This document shows, piece after piece, positions 1-11,057 of a stretch of 64,000 nucleotides of DNA. The stretch lies in contig JBHGNT010000018.1 of assembly GCA_043228905.1 (NCBI GenBank), positions 5,952,001-6,016,000 of the forward strand. The letters run 5' to 3'. The position numbers were made by a program, and so were the translations under genes. The stretch comes from Azolla caroliniana. Taxonomy: Eukaryota; Plantae; Polypodiophyta. The notes below the pieces were generated by a model. That model did not search any database and was not told where the DNA came from. It saw only the letters and a program-made list of their open reading frames with translations. Numbering within the stretch: position 1 is the stretch's first letter; every line of letters starts with the position of its first letter.

Positions 1-254
1 TATTACGTTTAGGAGGTAAACCATCGGGTAGTTCACTCGGAAAAACATCACGAAAATCGTTTACGATTTCATCAAGTTGTTTTTGTTCAAAATATGTTAA
101 TTGACCCGAGACATTATCGATATTGTAAACGTGAATGTCCGGATCAAGTACACAATAAAATAACGTAGAACAAGACAACTCGGATATTGATGGACACGAG
201 GAAACAATCGAGAGGGATTGTTTTGTTACACATTGAATAAAATGCGTACAATCG
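1..254 (-). mobile_element. Ty3/gypsy pol fragment (protease-RT linker), inverted relative to the adjacent pol
   Basis: Minus-strand translation is stop-free and ends ...QLDEIVNDFRDVFPSELPDGLPPKRN, the typical motif just upstream of gypsy RT; it runs off the left edge of the window. Confidence 0.8.
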
Positions 255-2021
255 TTGAGTACAAAAGAAATGGAATTATTTGCGGTTATACATGCGCTCA
301 AAACATGGCGCCATTATCTTTATGGAAATCGCTTTGTGGTAACTACGGACCACGAGTCCTTGAAATATTTTTGTGACCAACAAGACCTGAAAGGTCGTAA
401 GGCACGATGGGCTGATCTCATCCAGGACTTTGATTTTTCCATACGATATCGTAAAGGTTCCATGAATACTGTCGCTGATGCACTAAGTCGCATCCGTGAA
501 GTTAACATGCTTAGCTTCACTGAAATAACATCAGATCTTTATGATCACCTTCGAGGAAAGTATCCTGATGACAATTATTTTGCAAAATACTGGGCAAGAG
601 TCGAGTCTGGAACAGACACCACCACACCCTCGAAGGAATACTTCCACATTGCTAACGGTCTGCTCTACCGTAATGGGAAGGTTTGTGTTCCAGATTTACC
701 TGAGGTCAAAAAGAGAATTCTTTTTGAATGCCATGATGCACCCTCAGCAAGGCACCCTGGAATACATCGTACACTCGTTCTCATCTCCACTCAATTTTAT
801 TGGCCTAAGATGCGTCCTGACATACATAGCTATGTGACTAAATGTCACCAATGTCAGGTTAACAAAGCCGAGCGACTTAAAGCCGCAGGACTTTTACATC
901 CCTTGGACATTCCCAATAATAAGTGGGAAAGTATATCCATGGATTTTATTGTTAGCCTTCCTCGCACCCAAAAAGGTCATGATGCCATATGGGTTGTGGT
1001 TGACAGACTAACTAAAATGGCCAGATTTATTGCTACTAAAACCACGGTAACAGCTCCTGAATTGGCTTACCAATTCGTTGATGAGTTATTTCGTTTTTAC
1101 GGGTTACCGATGGATATCGTGAGTGACCGAGATCCGAAGTTTACTAGTGACTTCTGGACGCAAGTCTTTAAGAAGTTAGAAACTACGTTGAGCATGAGCT
1201 CCACGGATCATCCTCAATCCGATGGACAGACAGAACGAGTAAATCAAATTATTGAGGACATGCTTCGAGCATACGTTGGTGCAAAACCAACAAAATGGGA
1301 ACGTTACCTCCCAATTTTGGAGTTTGCTTATAACAGCTCCAAGCATACGTCGACGGGATATAGTCCTTTTATGTTGATGTATGGATTTCAGCCACGAGCC
1401 CCGATTGATGTTAATATACATCATGATGAGTTGCGAAGTACGCAAAACTTTCTTCGGGATATGCAAGATATGTTGCATATTGCACGGGATAATATAAAAA
1501 CAGCTCAAGATAGAGCGCGTTTTTATGCCGATCATCACAGGCAACCTCGTGTATTCAGCCCTGGACAGAAGGTATTTTTACGTGTACCTCACAATTCTAA
1601 GACATTGTCTACGGGTAAGTGCGCTAAGTTAGCCCCACGGTTTTGTGGACCTTTTACAGTCCTCAAACGCATTGGATCATCAGCCTATCGTCTCGCTCTT
1701 CCCGATGGTGTTGGAATCCATCCAGTCTTTCATGTAAGTCGTCTAAAAGAACTTCTAGGTTCTGGCGACAATACAGTTACAACTGAAACTCTGGTTACTT
1801 CTGAAGATTTATCTTCTAAACCACATGTACCAGAAAGAATTCTCGATGTTAAAACAAAAAAATTACGTGCTAAGGAAATCCGAGAATTTAAAATAAAATG
1901 GATGGATAAATCAATCAAAGATGCCACATGGGAATGCGAAACGACTCTCAGAACTAAATTCCCTAACTTTCCATTGCAAGAGTGCAATGTTTTAAAGAGG
2001 GGGAGTATGTTACGGGCATGA
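255..2021 (+). CDS. Ty3/gypsy chromovirus pol, 3' part (RNase H, integrase, chromodomain)
   Basis: 588-aa open frame with ELFAVIHALKTWRHYL (RNase H), H..H/C..C zinc finger, SISMDF, IVSDRDPKF, QSDGQTER, CGPF and PERILD...KW...ATWE chromodomain. Confidence 0.95.
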   Translation: MSTKEMELFAVIHALKTWRHYLYGNRFVVTTDHESLKYFCDQQDLKGRKARWADLIQDFDFSIRYRKGSMNTVADALSRIREVNMLSFTEITSDLYDHLRGKYPDDNYFAKYWARVESGTDTTTPSKEYFHIANGLLYRNGKVCVPDLPEVKKRILFECHDAPSARHPGIHRTLVLISTQFYWPKMRPDIHSYVTKCHQCQVNKAERLKAAGLLHPLDIPNNKWESISMDFIVSLPRTQKGHDAIWVVVDRLTKMARFIATKTTVTAPELAYQFVDELFRFYGLPMDIVSDRDPKFTSDFWTQVFKKLETTLSMSSTDHPQSDGQTERVNQIIEDMLRAYVGAKPTKWERYLPILEFAYNSSKHTSTGYSPFMLMYGFQPRAPIDVNIHHDELRSTQNFLRDMQDMLHIARDNIKTAQDRARFYADHHRQPRVFSPGQKVFLRVPHNSKTLSTGKCAKLAPRFCGPFTVLKRIGSSAYRLALPDGVGIHPVFHVSRLKELLGSGDNTVTTETLVTSEDLSSKPHVPERILDVKTKKLRAKEIREFKIKWMDKSIKDATWECETTLRTKFPNFPLQECNVLKRGSMLRA

Positions 2022-2569
2022 CCATATAATATCCCGTGGTGAGAATTGTCGTAGTATTCTATACACGTGGATAAGTGTGAGGGTTAAACAAAGAGTCTAA
2101 AGAAGGGGAGGATTACTTTTAATCCTCGGGATTGAGACAACCCATGAGGCCAAGTGTGAACATGGCTGGGGGCCTTGAGAATTACTATAAATAAGAGGCC
2201 TAGCTACCCTCATTTGGGCATGCATTGACTACGTCGAGACTCTGTCCGTGAGTGGAACGACTCTTGTAGCAAGCGCGCTATCATCCAGGTACGACTCGAC
2301 GCCAAGGCGGTGGTATGGGACGCCGATCGAGGCTCGAGTCCGTCTCGATCCCTTCGCTCGGGGGTGGTCGGGTGGATCGACACCCTTCTTTCTCTCTTTT
2401 CTCTCTATTCTTTCTAGATCTATCATTGATATATCCTTATTTTATGCTTACTTTAGTACCTAATCTCTAATATTTGCTCTCCTTCTTTCTCTCTTTTCTC
2501 TCTATTCTTTCTAGATCTATCATTGATATATCCTTATTTTATGCTTACTTTAGTACCTAATCTCTAATA
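2008..2569 (+). mobile_element. 3' LTR of the gypsy element, 3' end not resolved
   Basis: PPT AAAGAGGGGGAG (~1994-2005), then TGTTAC at 2008; TATAAATA near 2186; no terminal GTAACA found. Confidence 0.7.
2384..2569. repeat. 89-bp direct duplication (2384-2472 and 2481-2569)
   Basis: CCTTCTTTCTCTCTTTTCTCTCTATTC...TAATCTCTAATA occurs twice with an 8-bp spacer. Confidence 0.9.
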
Positions 2570-3304
2570 CCTATGATGGATAAAGTTGGCTAAGATGTTT
2601 GAATCTATTAGTCCAAGTATCAAACGTGCTGTGGACAAGATTAAAAGCTACACATAAAATCAATGACATAAAAACTCATTTGATGGCTATTGTTCAAACT
2701 TATTTATGGTTGTAAGCTGAACAATGAAAGAGATGGGTGTGACTTCATCTGTCATGTTCTTGGTGCCCTGTTTCTTGTCTTCTATTTTGACAAGATTTGA
2801 ACTGTCAAGAATGGATTCGAGGAAAGGAATTTCCATTTCCATTTCCATTTTCAATCCCCATTTCCTATTTTGTTGAATCCTATGCACTAGAAACTTTAGA
2901 AGGATAAACACCAACACACCTCCAATATATGTAATGATGCCTGATTCCGAATCTAAAGCAAATATACGGATTCTTAAGGTTCACCTGAAAACTTTAGGTG
3001 GTTATTATTTTCTAAAACAAATTACAAACTTGAAGCATTACGAATTACAAATTATCCACGGACTTCCGCAATTTTCCAGATTTCATAATGGTACCTCAAC
3101 AAATCCACTAGGACTAATAGGACTGTCTGAAACTTTGTCAGCACAGCCGCCTATTAAATAAATTACAAAATTTGAAGCTGTCACCCTGGATTCTCACAAT
3201 TTTCATGCCTACAAATAATCAGATGAATTTGAAATCTGCTACCATGCGGGAAGACTTTGAGCCCAATCATAACTAAGAACAAAACAAATCAGAGAAATAG
3301 GAAT

Positions 3305-6300
3305 TCAGGGAAGCCTCGGAAACTTGGTGAAGTCTGGTTGGCGTCGTTCTAGGAATGCATTCTTCCCCTCTGCGGCTTCTTCCGAGTTGTAGAAAAGCAA
3401 AGTTGCATTTCCAGAGAGCTCCTGTTAAACAGTGGTAAAGGTTGGCAGGTAATGGAATTGCACATAATCATAAATAAATCATGATCCTGTGAAGTAACTA
3501 TTTTACTACACATTTGAGTGGAAGGATGGATCATTTCCAAAGCTGTGCAGAAAGAAACACCTCTTACCTGAAGTCCTGCATGTCCGTCATCCACGGCATT
3601 CAATGCAGATTTAAGTATTCGAACTGCAGTTGGACTATTTCTTAAGATCTCCCTACACCATTTAACAGTTTCCTCCTCTAGCTTTGAGACCTGCAAACAT
3701 CAAGATTTCATGCTTAAGAATATGTAAGCCTCTCGATGGCTTGCGTATTACTTTTCATTGACCGAACATATCTTGTTCATACTGGAACCACTGTATTGAT
3801 TAGCCCCATGTTGAGTGCCTCCTCAGCTGTGTAAAACCGTGCCAGAAACCACATTTCACGAGCCTTCTTTGGTCCAACCTGTCATAAGACTGGAAATTAC
3901 TCATACCACTAGAAAATCCTAATTTCTAAACAACCAAAAAACTGCAGACAAGTATGTTGATTGCATACCTTCCAATGCATGCACACAAAGAAACATGTGT
4001 ATTATCATGTGTCTATATTCTTTATATTATTATAAGATACCCACCTTCCAAGTATGATGTTCAAAGATCCAAAACTCCATCGGATGGAATAAACTGGTTT
4101 AATTTACTATATGCTATAGAGGTAAGTAAGGGTTCTAGAATTTCAATTTAAGAAAAGCTAGGAAATGTTTTGGTGCAAGAACCAGTCAGAAATCATAGAA
4201 TAGCAATCTTGAAGTGGTAGGATATAGTGTCTCCTGTGTTTCTTATATAATGGGACTTCCCATAATGAAAAGTATTGACATGCCTTCACATGATCAAGCC
4301 TTCAACAAATAAATTCCAGATGTATGTTTTCTAAAAACATAACAATATTATTCTCCATCCATTCTGGGTTGTGGGAATGTGCTTGCGCTACACATAATTC
4401 CGTCATGTCACTGATAACACTGCAAAATTTAGGGCATGGGCCCTTACCCACCCACACATGCAGATTGGGAGAGAGAAACAAGATTTGTGGAGCTAATCAT
4501 TATCTCACCAGGCGAGCCATTATACTAGAACCATATCCTGCATCGAAGCTTCCAACCTTCACAAGAAAAGAGTACACAGGCCAGTTATATGGAGTAAATA
4601 CTTTAGGAGCCTCATGATAAAACATTAGTGAATGGTATACACTTATCACAGATGATTGGTGGACTTTCACCTTAGGGCCTGTTTGTCCAAACACTGCGTT
4701 ATCTGCAGCAATTGTGAGGTCACATACCATGTGAAGGACGTGGCCACCACCAACACAATATCCTGCAACCTACAGGACACCATTCTCAGCATACCAAAAC
4801 AATTTCAAGATCTAAAATATAAGCTTGTGCTTAGAGATGCCTGCTATCACCAAAGTCTTAGAACTCGATCTTTTAGACAAGACTCTGTGTGCAACTAACT
4901 TCTATGTGATGTACTGCAAGATGAAATTGTGCAATTGATAATTACTTGCTCGCCCGCAAAATTGCAGAATTGTATCTCCAAATTATAAATGCATTTATGA
5001 TGAAAGATAGCGAACTGGTTCAATTTTTCAGGACATTACTATGCAACAAAACGTGAATATTAAGCTATCTTTTCAAAAAATTAAAAGCACATGCAAATTA
5101 TACTGGACCAATAAAACATTCATATTTAAAAGAAATGTTCTCTAAAAATTTTAATCCTTGAAATAGATTTGGCTTCTCAAAAAATTTGATTGAGCGCTAA
5201 GAAACAGTCATGAGACATAAAAGATGGTAAAGATAGAGGGCAGCCAAAGAATTCACATATCATATAGAATAAGTTTGCAGTTAAGATTTGAAACATCTTC
5301 TTCAGAAACTTTTTAAAATACAGTGTTCCAATCCTGAACTGTGGAAAACTAAATTAAAAAAAGGAATAAGGTATTCGCAGTAATCAGATAGCTCATAAGA
5401 TTTATAACTTCGTTATGCTTCAAATAGAACAGCTGCAATGACAAAAATAACCATACCATGGCAATCACAGGCTTCGGAAGTCTTCGGATTTGTACCTGAG
5501 ACACAAATTGTTTAGAAATCAGTCACTAGGAATTCATTAATCAAAAAAGAGAGAGCTCCTATCAATCCAATGAGACTTTAGATTCCCATCTTAGCCCTAT
5601 ATGTTCCAAATTTGGTCCTACAATCGAAACCAAACTAAATCATAAAGAAAGAAAAGAGGTACCTGAACATCAAGAATATTCAAGCGTCCAATGTTGTCAG
5701 TACCTACATATCCATGCTTTCCTCGAACTGCTTGATCACCCCCGCTGCAAAAGGCTTCTGTACCCTGGGATAATATAAGTCAAGAAGCTCAATCTGCACT
5801 ATAAATCAACGCACGTGTATAATCTCTGCAAAATATGCATTATGTGTGTGGGCACACTGTGGCCCCATGGGAAATAAGATCAGTAGTTGTTGATAAGAAG
5901 GTCAATGAGGCAACCAGACAGAGGCATATAATCAGATTAAAAGGAGGAGCATTGTGTAGGCAGACATGTCATTCTATTGAAATCACATGGCCTATGAATA
6001 GTTTACAATGTGATGGAATTTATGTAGGGCTTACAACAGAACACAATTTATGTCTGGCTGATGAGGTATTTGTTGAGAGGATCATGTGCGTACCTTCCCA
6101 GTGAGGATGACGACGCCTACTTCAGTATCATCTCTTGCATGACAAAAAGCCCGCTGCAGCTCTGCAACAGTCTGCGGCCGAAAAGCGTTCCGCCTCTCGG
6201 GTCGGTTAATGGTAATCTGCAGCAGCACGATCAGAAGAAGATATATATAGGTAGCCTTGATGAACAAATGTGGTTGCAAAAGGAGAATGAAAGAAGAAGC

Positions 6301-6738
6301 AGAACACACACACACAGAGAGACAGACCTTGACGATGCCTTCGTTCACTGCTTTTTCGTAGAGAAGGTCCTGAAGGTCAGGCCCAGGAAGGCGGCAAGGT
6401 TGCCAAGAAACGGGATTGGAAAGGACATCTCCATGGATTCTCTGGTAACTAGATGGATTGCTTCGAAGATCGGGGGGGTTCAGAGACGAATCAGAAGGGG
6501 ACGGCAAGGAAGCAGAGGAAGAAGAAGAAGTGTGAGCTGGGCGCAGAAGGAGGAGGTCAGGGAGCAGGGGCGGCGGCGATGAGAGGAGGTGTCGCCCGAT
6601 CACATCCATGCGATGGGAAGCCTTGGAAGAGAAGCTCCTGCTCCTGCTCCTACTTCTGCTGCTCTCTCCTGCACCTCCTCTATCTCCATATCCATATCCA
6701 TCTCCATCTCCATATCCATATCCATCTCCCTTATCCAT
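3305..6738 (-). CDS. MENB: 1,4-dihydroxy-2-naphthoyl-CoA synthase (naphthoate synthase, crotonase family; phylloquinone pathway), about 385 aa
   Basis: Nine GT-AG exons: 6738-6328, 6216-6094, 5764-5663, 5495-5457, 4769-4671, 4556-4509, 3878-3783, 3690-3568, 3421-3305. Motifs [54 protein letters not shown]-terminal [10 protein letters not shown]. Confidence 0.95.
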
Positions 6739-6970
6739 TTCTACTCAGCTAATTCCCCAGTTCGCCTCTGTGTCTGTGTCTGTGGTCTGCTCAGTGTAAC
6801 AAGCAGTAACTGTTCAGCCTGCCTGCACCTGCACCTGCATCTTCATCTTCATCTTCATCTTCCTCACCATGACCATCACCATACCATCTTCATCATCCTC
6901 ACCATACAATCAATACCCATCATCATCATCATCATCACCACCATACCATTATCATTATCACCATCCATAG
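6680..6970. repeat. Hexamer/trimer microsatellite cluster (TCCATA/TCCATC, CACCTG/CATCTT, CAT/CAC) over the MENB start and 5' region
   Basis: Directly visible low-complexity repeats; the first encodes [16 protein letters not shown]. Confidence 0.85.
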
Positions 6971-7290
6971 CAGAAGTTCTTCCAATGGGATTTTGTTTTT
7001 TTGTGTTCTTTTTTTTCTTTTTTTTCTTTTTGGAGTTGGAGTGTCACAAGTTAGCTACCAAATATCTGCTATGTCAAGGAGAAGATGTGCAATGGGTGAT
7101 TTTTAAAGAGAAGCCTTTTCTTGTTTTGTTTGGTTGTGCGCTTCTTTCGTTTCTTCGAGTGTTGTGTGACGTGAGCGTGATGACGTTATGTGGCCCAGAC
7201 GACGGGCTCGTGCATTTGGGAGGCTGAGTTGGAGAACTTGACGGTGATGATCATCGAGTAGGGAATCACGTTCCAAACAATGGGCCGCCG

Positions 7291-7463
7291 AAGTTCAGAC
7301 GATTACAGTCAACAAGCCTCAAGATGCGAATTTGTGTTGTGTGTTACATGTTGAAGCAAAAAAAACTACACTGAATCAAGTTCGGACGATTATAGTCAAC
7401 AAGCCTCAATATGCAGATTCGTGTTGGGTGTTACATGTTGAAGCAAAACAACTACACTGAATC
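7291..7463. repeat. Tandem duplication of an ~87-bp unit upstream of MENB
   Basis: AAGTTCRGACGATTAYAGTCAACAAGCCTCAA...CTACACTGAATC starts at 7291 and again at 7378. Confidence 0.85.
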
Positions 7464-10400
7464 GCAACAACGAATAAGAAGAAAAACGAATTTGTATTAT
7501 GAACAAGAAGGGACAAGATTTTACAATGATTTGTTGAAGTCTAGTGTTGAACCATAACAGTTCTAATAGAAAAATACCTTCTCTATAGATAGTACACAAT
7601 GATGTTTTGCATGGTGGCCACTTATTCATGCATGGCCATAGGTTGGTGATAGTGCTTGCACACCATTAACAAGCATAAGCGTAACATATGAGCGAATAAT
7701 ACCCCAGTAGTTGAGCTTTAGATGTGTAAGGAGGGTGTCATAGGCTCAAAATCTCCAAAAAAGTAGTTTCGGCTCTTTAATTCCCTTACCATAACCCCAA
7801 ATCGCACATTGATGTAGTGCAAGGATACATGCATATATTTGCCAAGAAATACCCCTTGAAAACAACGTTAAAGTGTATTTGTTATTGGGTGTTTCTCACA
7901 TATTGACAACACATCATGATGTATTTGATCTCTCTTTATATGCATAATATGGCAGTCTAAAAACCTTCTATATAGATGAATGAGATAACATGGTTTAAGA
8001 CCATGTGATTGTAACATTCATCTATATAGATATGTGTGTAACATAATCTGTGATATATGTCCTCGTAACAAATGAATTTTGTTTTCCCATCGTTCGTGTC
8101 CCGGTCGTGCGGATTGGCCAACTCCTTTGATTCACTCCCTTAGGCTAGCCAATTGCAAAGTAGGTTTACCCTAGATTGAAAATTTTTGTTTTTTCCAAAA
8201 ACGACTAAATAACATTGCAATGATCAAACATAGGATACATGAGCTATGAAATCTATTTGGTCATGCCAAAAGATGCACAAATGGGAAACGAGGATTAATA
8301 TGTGTGTTATGCTCTATTTTATAGAGCTTGGTATGCGAGACGCATATACTTGGAAATCACGTGTGAAAATAAATAAACAAATATATTTTTCTAAAAATAT
8401 TCTGTGTATCATTTCTCGAAAAATAAAATCTTCCCCATATACATGTGTAAAATGATCATAACCGAAATAAACGCCCCCAAACATGTGAATGGTGGGGATT
8501 GTAGCTTTAGGTATGGATATATAGCCCATTGTCAAAAGCACTAATGTGAGCTATGAATAGACACGTATGTAGATCATATCCCAATGAGGAAAAGCACTAA
8601 TGTGCATTAGGAAGATCTATATACATATGTCATGATCAAATTCGACTAGAAAAAAGCACACTCAACCAGTGTTAGGCAAAGCCCTAGGAACAATGTCAGC
8701 ATTCTGATTACATTAGGACTTTTGTCGACCAATGTAGGGGATAACTGGAAGTAATTCTGGCCAGGTTTTCCTAAAATTCAAAATCTAGCCGGTTCATATT
8801 TTTTTGAAGTGACTATTTATGTAATTTTGTAAAAAAAAGGTAAAAGAAATTGTTTTTTGCTTGCCCCATCAAACTCACAAGTCTTTGAATCCCTCTCTCC
8901 CCTTTTTTCCCTTCTTTTCTCTCTTTTTCTATGTGTTTGACATATTTGTGTGTCGAGATTCCTTCTACTCGTTGTTGCATGCTCACTGATTACAACATCT
9001 CCTGCTCACTGCTTGCTCTACAATTTGTCTCTTGCCTTTCTCTATTTCACTCACCAGTCACCCCTCTAAGGTCTTCCATTTTAGGTTATTTAATAGTGTG
9101 TGCATGGGTCCCCGGTCAATATGAGTATAACTTATTGGTGGTAGTAAATGCATAGAAATCTATGTGGATCCAATGTTTTAATGTTACACAGGATGTATGT
9201 GATGATATTCTCTAATCACACTATCGAGAACTAGATGGATAAAAATATTCAAACAATGGCCTTAAAGGCAACATTGGTACACATGCCAACTAACTCAACA
9301 AGGTATTGGAGTTTTCCATGACTATCGATTGTAGTTATCAAATAAGATTTATGACATGATGAATAAATGACCTTATTTGATTATACATACATCAACATCA
9401 CAAGATGATGTCTAAAATGGTTTAAGAGAAAGCTCAATTGCATTAAAGTTATATGATGGAGACCATTAGGTTATGCACTCTGCTCCAAAGGTCAAGCCTT
9501 GTATTATGGAGAGTTAGGATTGTGAACGAATCAAAATTTCCATTCGTGCTTTTGATTCCTTCCATATTTCTTCTTTCTGTACAAGCATAAGTGTATAGGC
9601 CTACCATGCCTATCAATTTAATGTTGTTTTCTCGACCCAGGGTTAGTGGTAGCATATATATACACTTTTGGATCCATAATTCTGCAATTTATTGATTTGG
9701 TATGCGATCATTTTTTTAAAAAAAAATTCAAGACGTTCCAATTCACATTAACAGTTGTTCTAGTTGACATTAGCCCAACTATCTACACGAGTATATGTGT
9801 ACATTTATCGCCTATTTGATCAAAACGAAAAACACATATCATATAGCTTTAAAGCGATGGAAATACATATCATGTGAGCTTTTAGACAAATATCTAATGT
9901 ATAAAAAAACAAGCTCCCTTTAAAAAAATCTCTATATACGTATACATACAATATTGTCATATATAGAAAAACAATCACTCCATATATGTGAATAGTAGAA
10001 GCCATATATTTAACACATGATATTTATCCCCATATCCCACTAAAAAAGAACACATCTATATACAATTGTAGTTGTCATGAAATCGGAAACCCAAAGCTAG
10101 GTTCGTATAGAACACTTATGACCATGGTGGCGATACACACGATGAGGCGCCATCGAAGCCGCTCCAATGTTGCCGCCCTTTATAAACCGATAGGGAAACG
10201 ACTATGTAACCAATGGACCACCCGTTATAGCCGGTAGAGATGTGGATATGTAGCTACGTAGTAGAGCCACCCGCCCACCCTTTTGTAGCCCATGAGCGAT
10301 GCTACCTAGTATATATAGCCCGTCATGAGTCTGCTGCCATGAGTGCTTGCTAGGGTTCTTTTTTTATCTGGTTTGTATTTTTGTTAAATTTACGTTTGTG

Positions 10401-11057
10401 CTCTTTGCCCGAAAAAATTCCGGCCATGTTGTCAAGGTCCTCTACACGAGCACAAACTTGCATCCAATTGTTGAAGCCGAATTCAAAAAGGCAACTAGTG
10501 TAACCCAGGAGGTAAAAACGGAACATCAATACAAAAAACGCAACAATATTAGTGTGCTTGAAGCACATCCAGAAATACAACCACACCAAATATATGCACT
10601 AATAGCACACAACACACAAGGAACCCAAATTTGCGCACTTGAACACACATGTAAAACACATAGTTGGGATAGATAATCAAAGAAAATCCACGCAACAAGT
10701 GCTTCTTTACCTTGCAAACAACAGAATTGGGAGGGACATAAAGTCGTTCATCAAACTCGCCCCTTCTTCATCTAGTTCATCACGAAGGTGTTCAACGGTG
10801 CTTTGGCCAGTGCAAAAGGACCCTAGAAGTCATTTTGGCAACATCTTTGAAGGGTGTGGAGTTGACTGATCAATTCCCGTTCCGATTGCCACAAACTCTA
10901 CTAGATAATGAGAAAGAAGAGAAGAATCTATTTTTTTCATAAATACCGAAGTTCATGCTCCACTCGTTCCCGGATTGAGAGGTCATATTGTGAACACTAA
11001 TAAGTGTGAACATTAAGTAATTATTTACTAATTAATAAAGACAACTCTTGGAGTTGC

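Noticed and set aside
7167-7187. as-1-like TGACG pair in the MENB promoter
   Set aside because: The spacing differs from the canonical element, and short motifs like this arise by chance.
6061-7227. Plus-strand ORFs of 173 and 212 aa
   Set aside because: They are antisense to MENB exons 1-2 or derived from microsatellites, with no recognisable domain.
7700-7756. tRNA-derived SINE head upstream of MENB
   Set aside because: The A/B-box resemblance is too degenerate, and there is no tail or TSD.
8000-10980. Possible DNA transposon or Helitron remnant with short similarity to ~47750-47820
   Set aside because: No termini or protein motif could be established by eye.
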